DNA from: Magallana gigas
Taxonomy: Eukaryota
NCBI RefSeq assembly: GCF_963853765.1
Contig: NC_088858.1
Coordinates: forward strand, 39,184,001 to 39,248,000
DNA length: 64,000 bases
Direction of reading: 5' to 3'
A program made the position numbers and the translations under genes. Shown piece by piece: positions 1 to 11,891 of the stretch. How positions within the stretch are numbered: the stretch's first letter is position 1; the number at the start of each line of letters is the position of its first letter. The notes under the pieces were generated by a model that did not search any database, was not told where the DNA came from, and saw nothing but the letters and a program-made list of their open reading frames with translations.

Positions 1-364
1 TGTAATTGAAAATCACAAACGGTTTCAATCATGCTGAGTTCCCAATTCAAAACTCCATAACCTGTATAAGTATTATAAGAAATCTTTTTTTGTTAGTAAG
101 TTACATTATTTTTATTTTTATTTTTAATCTGCCAACTGAATATTTTCTTTGTTTGCCTAGTCATATGATAAACACAGTTTTCGTTTCTATTTTTAGGACT
201 TACTCAACAAGCTAGGATAGGTTAATGTTTGTGTAAGTTCAGTAGGTATAGAGGTATATAAAAGCAGATGCTGATATTTTGACTACGTTTCAAATATTAC
301 GCCATTCTTACAGAGACATATAAAAAGGGGGAGTTTCTGGTGCGGGGAGAACGCCTCAATTATA

Positions 365-373
365 TTCCCGGAA
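365..373. promoter_or_regulatory. Candidate STAT (GAS) site TTCCCGGAA upstream of the bZIP gene
   Basis: Exact match to the optimal TTC(N3)GAA palindrome. TATA-like TATATAAAA motifs at ~254 and ~318 and an ETS-like CAGGAAGT at ~411 lie nearby. Motif match only. Confidence 0.3.
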
Positions 374-523
374 ATTATTTCGTGTGGAATCGAATTTTAC
401 ATGAAAAAGACAGGAAGTGGCTAGATCGCGTCCAAAATTCTTAAATTTACCACATTTAAAGATGCATTTTAAATGCATTTTTCAATTATCACTTTTTTAA
501 ACGGTGAGAAAGTGAATATTAAA

Positions 524-3500
524 ATGGCAAAGACACTGCTGGATGGAAAAAGATGGCTGAAGGAGACCTCTGGGACGGAGCCATTAAACCTGTCGAAACA
601 CAATCAGCCGACCTCTGTAAAACAAACTCTTAAATCGCTGATTAAATCACGGAGAATTGCAGAAGGAAAAGATGAGTTACAGGTTGATTTCCATGTGGAA
701 AAGACGAAATGCGAGGTAAAAATAAATGTGCAAGGATGCATTCGTGTATTCGTTTGGATAAAAGATTGTGCAGAGAAAGTTGGCACTGTGCCAAAAATTA
801 AGCATTTTTGAATGATTGGCATAATTGAGTAGATATAGCTCAGAAAAGGATTTCGGAAGTTTAACAGTTCTCTTTTTTAATTTTGTGAAATTTTACATTG
901 ATTGGATGAATTGGTTTCGTTATGATGATACATATACATGTACGTAGTGGATTTCTATTTATAGACCTTATGCCACGTTCTGGCTCATAAAGGACTATGC
1001 ACTTTATAAATCGGTCCCGAGGTCAACTTATATAATTTATTCATTAAGTACTTGTATTATTTGACATATAAGTATTTTTCATTTTAAGTTGACTCCAGAG
1101 GAAAAAAAAAAGCAGAGGGAAAGGAAAGAACAAAATCGTCGGGCAGCCATGAGATGTAGAGAGCGTAAAAAGGAAGAACTGAAACATTTACAAAAAGTAT
1201 GACAAAATTATAGAGTTTGTAGATATAGAGTGAACAATTATTTTTCAAGTTGCAAAGTCTTCAGTTTATTTCAAACATCATTTTAATAGATAGTTAAGTA
1301 AGATAAATACTCAGGGTTGTCTCTAAAAATTGAAGTAGAAGGGAGAAATAAAAAAGTAGAAGGGGATCTGGAGGTCTAGCTTATAGCTAGATTGTGTTTG
1401 AAATGCAATAATAGCCGGGTAATTACGCCACTTTAGGCGGGGGAATTCCCCGCCTCCCGGGTCTTAGAGACAACCCTGAATACTAAATAAGTTAAATAGA
1501 TAGTTAAGTAGGATAAATATTAAATATTTATTATCATTTGCTCGGAATAAGATGTTATACATGTAGAATAGAAGGATTGACCTCAACTAGGCTTGAACCC
1601 AAGACCTTTAAACCAGAGGTTTTCCTACTGTTTTTAAACGGGGTCCAGGTTCCGTAGATTTGGGAAAATTGACGCGTAAACTGTTCAAATTGGGAAAATT
1701 ACAAAATAGTACTGATTTCATTTGAGGACCAACCTTTGGCAAAATTTTATACTTTATTACTTCTCCCCCACAGAAATTAGTGAGAAGTTTGTAAGACATA
1801 ATTTATTTTATGATGTAACAATGATATGTAAAGATTTTAAACCTATTTTTCAAATAATAAGTGTTACTGAAATAAAATTGAAACAAACGCACACATATAC
1901 ATTCAAAGATTAAAAGAAAATACTTTTTTTTCCAAATTTCTTAGAGTTTTTCAATTTGAAAAAGTTTATTGAATTCATGCATTTCTACCTCTTATAGATG
2001 AAATGTTTCTTAATTATGTAAGCCAATTGACAAACATGCAAAAAAATAATTCTTTGCAAAATGGCAATGATATTTGCATATTGGAGTACATGTATTAGTC
2101 CTACTCTTTGAGCCAATAACAACCATTACACATAGAGACTGTTTGATTTTTAAGATAACTGTAGGCTTACGATTTTCTGGTAGTTTTACCATTTAATTGA
2201 CACATATATTAACTTATTTTAAATTATCAATTTTAAAAAGCAGTTAACATCGGTTGTTTTAGGAAATTGTGGCGAAGTTACGGTAAGCGAATGTGTCATT
2301 GAAGTCACCCCCTAGTTGGTCCATTATTTTTGCCAGTAATAAACAAATGTGAAGAAAAAAGCTGTTGAAGTTGCATTTTAAATACCAACAGAACATGTTT
2401 TGATATTTTAATAAAATAATTGACATTTGATTGGGAAAAATGGATCTTGGTTTGGGAAAATATTGGCAATTTTTTGATTGGGAATCGGTCCAGTAAATGG
2501 ACCCTAAACTAAGCAAGGAAAACCCCTGCTTAGCTTAAACGCATCAGTTTAAAAACCAATGTTCTATTGACAGAGCTAAAGGGATAACCATCTAACTAGT
2601 AGGAGTGTGGCAGTACTGAGACCAATCACATTATTCACTTAGTGAATTTCACTATTACGAAGAAAATACAAAGTTTATTTCACATATTAGCTCTTAAGCT
2701 CATTAAGCAATTGTGTGAATTGTGAATAAGATAATGCCTCTGATTTAGTAAATATTAACTGTTTTACTCCAAATCAATCGTGTTTTAAAATTCTTTTGAT
2801 TTAAATGTGGGACAGTCTTACAGCATTTTTATTTAACTGATGTCAATGTTAATTTACATTTTCGCCAACAACTATACATGATTTATGGTTGCTGATTGTA
2901 TGAAAGATAAATTCACTTCCTTCATTTAATTTTTGTTATTTCAGGAAGAAAATTCATTGAGGATGCGCCGTGAGAAGCTGATGGAAAAAGTTGAAATTTT
3001 ACTTGAAGAGAAAGAAAAACTCTTGCATACCATTCGCTCAACTGGAAATGTTCCATTTTCTTGTTCGTGTCCTAATTCAGAGGGAGATTGCATTCACTGT
3101 TTATCCAATTCTGATTCAAATTTGCAGTCTGAATCCTCCAGTAGTTCAACAAGCACCCGTAAACCCATAATTTCAGTAGCAGACAGTTGTGATAGCGAAA
3201 CGGATAGCTGTAATGATGATGAGTCAGATGATGAGGATGGAGATGATGAATCGGATCGTCTCGTTATTGATACAAAGGGACAAAACGAGGACACAGAGGT
3301 TCTGGATTTGAGTTTTTCGAAAGAGAGACATGACGTTCAAATGGAAGTGACCGATTCTGACAGTCAACCAAGCAGCTCTCAGAACTACAGCTCCTTCGAG
3401 TACGATGAACCAGTGGCTCCAATTTCTACTTTTCCTGCAGCAGGTAAAAGTTCTGGTCAGTACAATCCACAGGATTACATTAAACAAGAAGAAACAGAAA

Positions 3501-3625
3501 TGGAGGAGTCGGACTACGTTATGAGCTCTCAAGAAAGCACAATGTCTTTTTACAGTTCCCAAGATAGCATTGATGGAAGTTTCATAAAACATGGTGGGCG
3601 AAATGATGATGTTTCATGTGATTAG
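524..3625 (+). CDS. bZIP transcription factor, Fos/ATF3/JDP2 (AP-1) family, 3 coding exons
   Basis: Exons 524-715, 1089-1196 and 2945-3625, all phase-0 GT-AG. The basic region EQNRRAAMRCRERKK fits the AP-1/ATF N-x2-AA-x2-CR pattern and is followed by five Leu spaced 7 apart (HLQKEENSLRMRREKLMEKVEILLEEKEKL), then an acidic Ser-rich tail. An in-frame ATG at 473 is an alternative start. Confidence 0.85.
1312..1478. mobile_element. 167-bp MITE in bZIP intron 2
   Basis: 15-bp perfect TIRs CAGGGTTGTCTCTAA / TTAGAGACAACCCTG, flanked by direct repeat AATACT (1306-1311, 1479-1484). Confidence 0.75.
1614..2528. mobile_element. Degenerate hAT-like non-autonomous element in bZIP intron 2
   Basis: Imperfect termini CAGAGGTTTTCCT / AGGAAAAACCCCTG and repeated subterminal TTGGGAAAA motifs. 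No clean TSD. Confidence 0.4.
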
Positions 3626-5924
3626 GCTTTAAAAAATTAATTTCTTGGTTCTCAGGCCAACATTTTCAAAATTAGATCCCGCTGGGTGATAATATTTTTT
3701 TCTTTTTATTTAATTAAAAAAGGATGTGTTATTTTTATTTTAACTATGTGCAATTCTTATTCAAATCCAGAAAAAGCGACGTTTAAAAGCAGATAAATAG
3801 TTACCTTGCAATTAATGAATTGGATTTATTAGCTCAAACTAAATGAAAAAAAAAATAAGTCATCATGTTCTTCAAGAAACACCACAACATTGAACTACAA
3901 GGCTTGAGAAAGCCAAGTGTTTAAGCATAATGGGATGTTTAGTAAAGTACAAGCTGTATGAACTCTCCTCATACTGTATATGCATTTGAGGTTAAACAAC
4001 GTTCTTCTTCATATACCAAAACTAAAACCATTGCTGTCGTGATAATAACTAAACACAGCACAACGTAACTAGATTCAGCAGCCATTTGTAATTGTTATAA
4101 TCAAATCTGAATCATCGCAATGTTTGCAATTATGTTCTTTATTTAGTCAAGCGTTTTACTGACTTGAGTATCTAAATTGTGGTCCTAAATCTGGAAGTTT
4201 TTATTCCGGAATAAGCAAGCACACTATTGAAATTTTACGGTATTTACCCATTTAAAGATAAAAATTGCAATGCACATTGTTAAATCAGATTCGTGCGGGT
4301 CTGAGAACCAAGGAATTAATTTTGGATGGCTTTTATTTTTTTTTCAGGATATTTTGACATATAGGGCCTCTTTTCACATTATAAATCATCTTCTTATACA
4401 TGCAGTATGTTCCAAAATTCAATTGCATATTATATTTCATTATTTGGTTTGATTTATGTTTTAAAATTGAACTCCTCTTTACTTTGAAATAGAGCCTTCT
4501 TAATAACAATTGTTTCATTCTAGAGGTAAATAAACTATGAATTATTCAATAATTTTAATTCAAATTTTATGCCATATATAAATTTTAAGGTTAAATTGAT
4601 GATTGTAGTAAGAATTTGGGGTGTACTGTTGAATATGCTCATTGGCAGTCATTATGAACATTTGTCTTAATTATCCATTGCCACCTACCATTTTCTGTTC
4701 AAAATTTGTCAGCCATCTGTGATAATTGCATTACTTTAGAAGCCACTATTTGCACACAAAAGCAGCTGTTCTGATATTTTATTCATTTTGTATTTTCTTA
4801 TTAGAAAGAAAGACTGTATAAAAGAGAGGAAAATGTTGAGGCAAAAATGTAGTAAGATATTAAGGTAATAAGATAGCTGTAATATGATAGCTTAACTTAA
4901 TGGATGCGTAGACTAGTTCAAGTACAGTATGTTATACATGTAATATAGGACTTAAAATATGCAGAGAGTGAGCCTCGTAATGTATATGAATGTTTTGCTT
5001 TGCATTTCATATGTTACTTGTTGTACAAAAAGGCAAGCAGCACTCTGTGTTTCATTTACTAAGTATATATGTACATTTATTATTAAAACTGTTTGTGATT
5101 TCTTCTGATGCGTTTTATTTTCACTTTTTATGCTATATGTACTATGTATTTGTATTTATTCTCGGGGAATGCAGACCCCACCCCCTCTAGATCCGAGGAT
5201 TAAGTAAGGGGAAGTAAAGTACAAAAATGAAGTTTTCTTTGTTTAGATTCTAATTTGTTACACTCAACTGAACATAAATAATTTATACTATAAATAAACA
5301 CAGTGTGTAGGTACGGAAGCACTCTCAAGAATGCAATTTATCTTTTACTGTGTACAATTAAAAACGTCTTCCTTGAAAAAAAAACTTCTGTTTCCTTCAA
5401 TAACATGAAATCATAACATTTATTAGACAATTCATAAATACTTCATGGGTGGGCGGTACATGTAGATGCCATGTCTAACTGCACGGAAAGAGAGTCTTCA
5501 AATAGGGCCTCTGCACAAAATCACGAACGGGCCTCTCTAATTTAAATGCTTATAATGCTTCTACTCTACCGAGTATGATTCCCTCTTCTAACGAAAACAA
5601 AGTTAATTCATATATAGAAACTGACAGGACTGAAATCTACACGCCACGTTTATCGATTGGTCGAAACCTACAGCGTCCTAAGAAAAATCACGGACTGCAC
5701 GAAAAAATCAATTAACATGTGCACGAAAAAAAATCGAATTAACGATGTTTCCTTAAAGAAATTGTGGGAATTGTACTCGGCAGATGTAAATATTATAAAA
5801 TAAATACATATATAATATATTTTTTGATTTCTAATTCATACATGTACTTGGTTTTATACGATGTTGACTACAATTAGGATCAGAGGTATTTTAATAGATT
5901 GACTAGACTATTGTTGTGTTTCTG

Positions 5925-6019
5925 CATCTTCCCAAGTCAAGGGTTTCTGATCCGCTCGGCTCTACATAAACCCTTTATGTAGAGCGGAGTGGAACAGAAA
6001 CCCTTGACTTGGGAAGATG
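5925..6019. mobile_element. 95-bp foldback mini-transposon (MULE-like by TSD length)
   Basis: 46-bp inverted arms (3 mismatches) around a 3-nt loop. Exact 9-bp direct repeat GTGTTTCTG at 5916-5924 and 6020-6028. Confidence 0.85.
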
Positions 6020-7405
6020 GTGTTTCTGTTGTGTCTCATTGGCTATCACAGTTATCAACCCACATAGGTGCAAATTAACTCGGTCAAATTAAAACAAAAG
6101 AAAAAGAATATGATTCAAAATTATTGATTTGAATCTATTTTAATTTGGAAGTCAATTATAAAATGATATAGAGGTAACTGTGAGGTACTTGTGGGGATCC
6201 TGCTTATAGCAATACCCCACCCCTATTTTTTCTGATCTCTAACCATATATCATATATGTCTCGATTTGAAAAATCACAGTTACACATCTAGTGACTTAGA
6301 TATTTTGAAATACTCGTGTACGATTGAAAACGTAATGTTTATTAAACAAAGAAATACAAAGATTTTAAGTAGATGAACTATAATTACACTCCGTCCGTAC
6401 TGATACATAGTGAATATGCATGATGTACTACGTTGCTCATAAAATGATGCATATATATAACGTATGTTTTACCCCATTTCATTTCAAATATTTACACACA
6501 GTTACGTTAAAAAAAATTTCAGGGAATATGTAACGTATATTGAAATGATATAAGAAATGAACTCAATGTCTACTTAAGTCAGTAAGTTATACGAGTATAA
6601 CCTGCATGGGTTGACGCAGTTTACGCTTTATAATTCGCGGCATTTTATTGGATAGAAAAATTTGATTTTTCCGTCCGATCAAATGCCGCGTTACAACCAA
6701 AATTAGATTATTACGTGTAATTTATATGCGGGCAAATTGATTGAAACTGATTATATCGTGATTTGGTTTTAACAGCAATTGTCTGAACCAGTCGAATTTC
6801 TAACAAATAGGGAATAGATTTAAGAAAAGGAAGAAATTAAGTTTCGTATCAGCATTTTACATATTCATTTTCTTCATAAACAATTCTGACCAAACCTGGC
6901 GCTAAACCTTGCAAAACTAGAGGGTCTACTTTAATATAATACGCAGTTCAACTTTTACAAAAGCTTTCTTATATAAGGTATATTTAAGTCTGCTCGAATT
7001 ATAACCACTAGCTTCAAGAAAGAGTCATTAGAGGCTTCATTACAGAAATTATCAACGGAAAACAATTTTTGGTTTATTTGGTCCAAACGCATACGATGTA
7101 CAAAATTTGAGCTGAAGGCAACACTGCTTAAAATATTTATCATCCGCGATGAAGGTTTTGACGCTGTTCACCTTACATATAGACAAATAACACTACAGAA
7201 GAATAGAAGTAATGTAAGAATATCAAATATATAAAATGGGAGTTTATAAACATGTACATAAGGGGTTGATAGTACTGGTTCCTGAAGAACTAGGTGTTTG
7301 AGCAAAATTGAGTCCGGAATCTAAGTCTAAGTTGGTTTTACGTTTACTCTCTCGGGAATTACTTCCGGTATCTTAATATTCGGTTGAAAACGGATCGCCC
7401 ATTGT

Positions 7406-7466
7406 CATTCGGCGCACCTCGGCCGATTCCGGTATGAGGTACGAATCTGCCGAGGTGTGCCGAATG
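7406..7466. mobile_element. 61-bp foldback micro-transposon just upstream of the SPTSSA ATG
   Basis: 24-bp inverted arms (2 mismatches) and a 13-nt loop. Exact 10-bp direct repeat CGCCCATTGT at 7396-7405 and 7467-7476. Confidence 0.85.
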
Positions 7467-7520
7467 CGCCCATTGTAATAGATAAAATTAGATTGAGTGA
7501 CCTCATCACTGAGATTGAAA

Positions 7521-8368
7521 ATGGTATTCAACAGAGTAAAGAATTTTATATCATATTGGTATTTACAGTATCTACTTGCAACATCTGTATATATGCTGGA
7601 GCCTATAGAGAGAAGAATATTCAGTATCCTTTTGTTTACAATCCGCTGTTCTTCTCTGTTCTTGTGTTTACAATCTGTTAATCACTTTGAGACGCTAGGG
7701 ATGAAAAAAAAACATTGTTTAATAAACTTCATCATTTTCAGAATTAATAAACATTTCACACTTTTTCGAATTTTAAAACTTAAGATCACAAAATGCATTC
7801 TATAGTCTAAAGAATCTGACTTTAACCATGTTAACTGTTAATTTGTTTTTAAGCTGTTATGCTCCATATGGGCAGTTAGTTTTAATATGTTTATATTACA
7901 TTCATTTATACAAATTCAATGAATAATTTAAAGTATATTTCATAGTAAGAACCATGAAATATCGCAGTTCAATAGTTAATGTGACTTTTGTGCAAGCAAG
8001 AAGTATTAAGAGAATTTTTGTAATGATGTGGATAGGAAAATCAAGTATTTGTTAAGAATCACGAATAAGTCAAAAAATAACTTTTCACCTAGCACATGTA
8101 ATTAAGATGGATACCACATACCGTAATATTTAAGTTAGTGAACTTCGTTCTAAAAGATTTATTTTGTAAGCTCTGACAGCTGGATTAATTTAAATTAATG
8201 ATGTTACTCTCCTTGACCGATCCCTTAGATTGCTTCTTGATTATTGTGCTGGCAATGTTCATGTACACCAGTTACGTCTTTTTACCAGACCATGCTAGAA
8301 TGATTGTCTATTTCATCAATTCGTACATACTTGGAAAAAATCAACCAGAGATTGTTGATGGAGTGTGA
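7521..8368 (+). CDS. SPTSSA: Serine palmitoyltransferase small subunit (ssSPT), 80 aa, 2 exons
   Basis: Exons 7521-7623 and 8229-8368 with a phase-1 GT-AG intron. The protein MVFNRVKNFISYWYLQYLLATSVYMLEPIERRIFNCFLIIVLAMFMYTSYVFLPDH... carries the ssSPT YxQY...YMLEPxER..FN motif and a single TM helix. It is closer to vertebrate SPTSSA than SPTSSB. Confidence 0.92.
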
Positions 8369-10424
8369 ATAAAGAAAAGCACACGTACAATTGAAAAGAG
8401 TACTAGTACATGGACTGGAAAAACATTGAGAAGAATGAATCCTAGATAGTGAAGGGTGGAGTTTAAAAAACATTATCACTTTAGTCACTTAAAAGTTAAT
8501 ATTACATGCAGAGATTATCTGTATTACTTTTAGTTTATCAAAATGCCACTTTTTTTTTATTTGATTGCTTTGACTGGTAAATGTAGTAGATTGTGTGCAT
8601 GTATTTGATTGTTATTTTACTTGAATACTTGTTTTGAATGAATTTTTAGACACTGTAGAGCTTTATGTGAGAACCAAAGCTAATTGTTTATTATCGAAGA
8701 CAATCAAAGTGTAAGAAAAATTTTTGAAAATATAACTCTTTGCTGGGAGGCCAAAAAAAACCCAAAAAAACCCCCAAAACCAAGAAGTAATATTATGATC
8801 CGTAGTCTTGAAAAATCACCCTTCCTTATATTGTCCACACAAACCCATTTTTTGAGCCAGTATCTTTAAATTTCCTATCATAGAGAGATTCAATTTGGCT
8901 TTGATATTAAGACTAATGCAGACACCAAATTTAGAGACAGTCCCTCATAATATTTTTCTTCAAAATTAACACTACATGCTATTGCTTGTCAATCTAACAA
9001 ATTATAGACAAACTCATTTGTCAACCTATTTCACCTTGAGTGATTTTCTATTTTGCTGGATTTTCAATTGTTTCTTGTGATGGGCTTAAGTCAGATTTTG
9101 TGAAGGCAGCCTTGCCAAGCCGGATCCTACTGAGATTTTTTAAACTGATATTTTGTGTAATTGTTAATAGCAAGTAGATTTAAGATTTGTTTTTATTGCA
9201 GCATATGCTCTAATTTGCCACCAATGTTATTATATATTCATTTATGTACTGAAAATACTGTCTAAAATACTGACCAATATAATGCTTGCAAAAATGGTTT
9301 GTTTTTTTTAATTTAATATTTTTACATAATGTTGTTATATAGCTAGAATATGCTTTGTATTGTATGTAGTTAAAGGGGGAAATTCCCTAAAGTATGCCAT
9401 ATAAACCCAGAAGTTCAAATGTATAAAAACTGTGTATAGAAATGTACAGTTATGTGTTGTGTGAACATTTGAATGACCTACATATAATAACTAGAATTTA
9501 TTTATGATCACTCCTTAGGAAAAATAGTTTACGCATATTATCATACATAAATGTACTTGCAATGGAATTTACAAAGTTTATGTATATGATTTAAAAATGC
9601 AAATTTTAAGTTGGGGAGCACTGATTTCTTGCCAGTAAAAGTGTTATTACCTTTGATGTGCGTTTTTCTGGATTTTTAGTTTCTATGGTTATAAATTATG
9701 TCAAGGTCATAAGTATTGTTACTTTCACGGGCACATGGCGTTAAAATATTACTTATTATAGAAAGATAGTTTCATGTATTATACTAATAACCTTGTTATT
9801 ATTATAGTACACTGTACTGGAAAAATCTTATTATAGTAAAGAGAAAATCTTATTGCAAAAAGAAACATATTTTAACATCAAGCGCCTATATAGTCACTGT
9901 CTTAAAACAAGGTTACTAAATCATTATCATAATTACATGTATAAACATAATATGAACAAATGTGTGATTTGGATGCAACATAGATACAGGTCTCTGTCAA
10001 AATATCTGATGTCTGGATTTGAATGTCCTACATATTATTGCAAATAAGCAATGCAATGGTATCATATTTTAGCATACGTTTTAACAGGCTAGGGGCAGAC
10101 CCCCCCCCCCCCCCTTGCAAAATTCTTATTTCTTAAATATGCCTCAGACCCCCCCCCCCCCCCCCCCCCCCCTGGAAAAATTTTCTGGATCGTTGCATGT
10201 TATACCCCATACCATATTCATGTAGAATTGATTGCTCTTGCACGGATTCAGAAATTTTTCAGGGGGAATTCGAGGTATAACTTTACTTGCTCTGGGATGG
10301 AAAGGGGAAAGTCCAAGGCCTTATTTTCGGTAATTTTACTTTGTAAATTGAACAAGTTTAAATTTTCCATGACCCCCTATAGATACGCGCATATTACTAC
10401 TGGGTAATCCGTTTTCACTTCTAG

Positions 10425-10427
10425 TTA

Positions 10428-10471
<44 letters not shown>

Positions 10472-11858
10472 ATTTTGTCTGTTGTCCATCTGTCCGTAAA
10501 CTTTTCACATTTTCAACATCTTCTCAAGAACTAATGGGCCAATTTCAACCAAACTTGGCACAAATCATCCTTAGGCAAAGGGAATTCAAAGTTGTGAAAA
10601 TTAAGGGCAACACCCTTTTTCAAGGGGAGATAATTAGAAATTAATGAAAAATTTTGAGAAATTTTCAAAAATCTTCTTCTCAGAAACTAATCAGCCAGGA
10701 AAGCTGAAACTTGTGTGGAAGCATCCTTAGGTAGTGTAGATTCAAAGTTGTGAAAATCATGACCCCCAGGGGTAGGGTGGGACCACAATGGGGGGGTCGA
10801 TGTTTTACATAGGAATAATAGGGTAAATCTTTAAAAATCTTCTTCTCAAAAACGCATCAGCTAGGAAAGCTGAAACTTGTTTGGAAACATCCTCAGGTAG
10901 TGCGGATTCCAAGTTGTGAAAATCATGACCCCCGGGGGTAGGGGGGCCACAATAGGGGTCAAATTTTTACACAGGAATATATAGAGTAAATCTTTAAAAA
11001 TCTTCTTCTCAGAAACTAATCAGCCAGGGAAGCTGAAACTTGTGTGGAAGCATCCTCAGGTAGTGTAGATTTAAAGTTGTGAAAATCATGACCCCCGGGG
11101 GTAGGTGGGGGGGGGGGCACAAGGGGTGTGGGATTGATCAAAGTTTTACATAGGAATATATAGAGTAAATCTTTAAAAATCTTCTTCCCAGAAACTAATC
11201 AGCCAGGAAAGCTAAGACTTGTGTGGAAGCATTCTCAGGTAGTGTAGATTCCAAGTTGTGAAAAGCATGACCCCGGGAGTAAGGGGGGCCACAATGGGGG
11301 GGGGGGGTCGAAGTTTTACATAGAAATATATAGAGTAAATCTTTTTTTAAAAATCCTTTTCTCAGAAACTAATCATCCAGGAAAGCTGAAACTTCTGTGG
11401 AAGCATCCTCAGGTAGTGTAGATTCAAAGTTGTGAAAATCATGACCCCCGTATATAGGGTGGGGCCACAATGGGGGTCAAAGTTTTACATAGGAATATAT
11501 AGAGTAAATCTTTAAAAATCTTCTTCTCAGAAACTAATCAGCCAGATGATTCTTTATAATTGTTAAGACTCTGGCTCCAGGACAATTCTTCGGCCTCACA
11601 AGAAGGTTCAGAGTTTGATGTAGCTTTATATCCCATAAATAAACAATTGTTAAGGATCTTTTTGAGAACTGCAATACTCAACATGTAATATGACCATAAA
11701 ATCATCATGTTAGAAAAGGGACTAATGATTATAAACATAAGAATATCCAGGGGGAAAATGAATTTTATTTATACAGGATCTACATGTATTATTGTACATT
11801 GTCCAGATAGTTTGTATTATGACTCCATTAAGCTGATTTTATCATACCTGTTGTTCCC

Positions 11859-11891
<33 letters not shown>
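10425..11891 (+). mobile_element. Non-autonomous Helentron/Helitron-N2-type element carrying a satellite array
   Basis: 5' end TTATTAGCTCACCTGAGCTGAAAGCTCAAGTGAGC; inverted subterminal AGCTCACCTG / CAGGTGAGCG; 3' palindrome GGCCCATGGGCC then TCTTGTT; internal tandem array. This matches the architecture known for oyster Helentrons. Confidence 0.85.
10671..11545 (+). repeat. Tandem array of ~5 satellite monomers (163-179 bp, Cg170/HindIII-like)
   Basis: The motif TGAAAA(T/G)CATGACCCC recurs at 10751, 10917, 11080, 11259 and 11433. Length differences come from variable G-tracts. It resembles the ~166-bp Pacific oyster satellite from memory; not verified by alignment. Confidence 0.85.

Noticed and set aside
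10671-11545. Regularly spaced repeats as a CRISPR-like array
   Set aside because: The monomers are contiguous with no unique spacers, the context is eukaryotic, and there are no cas genes.
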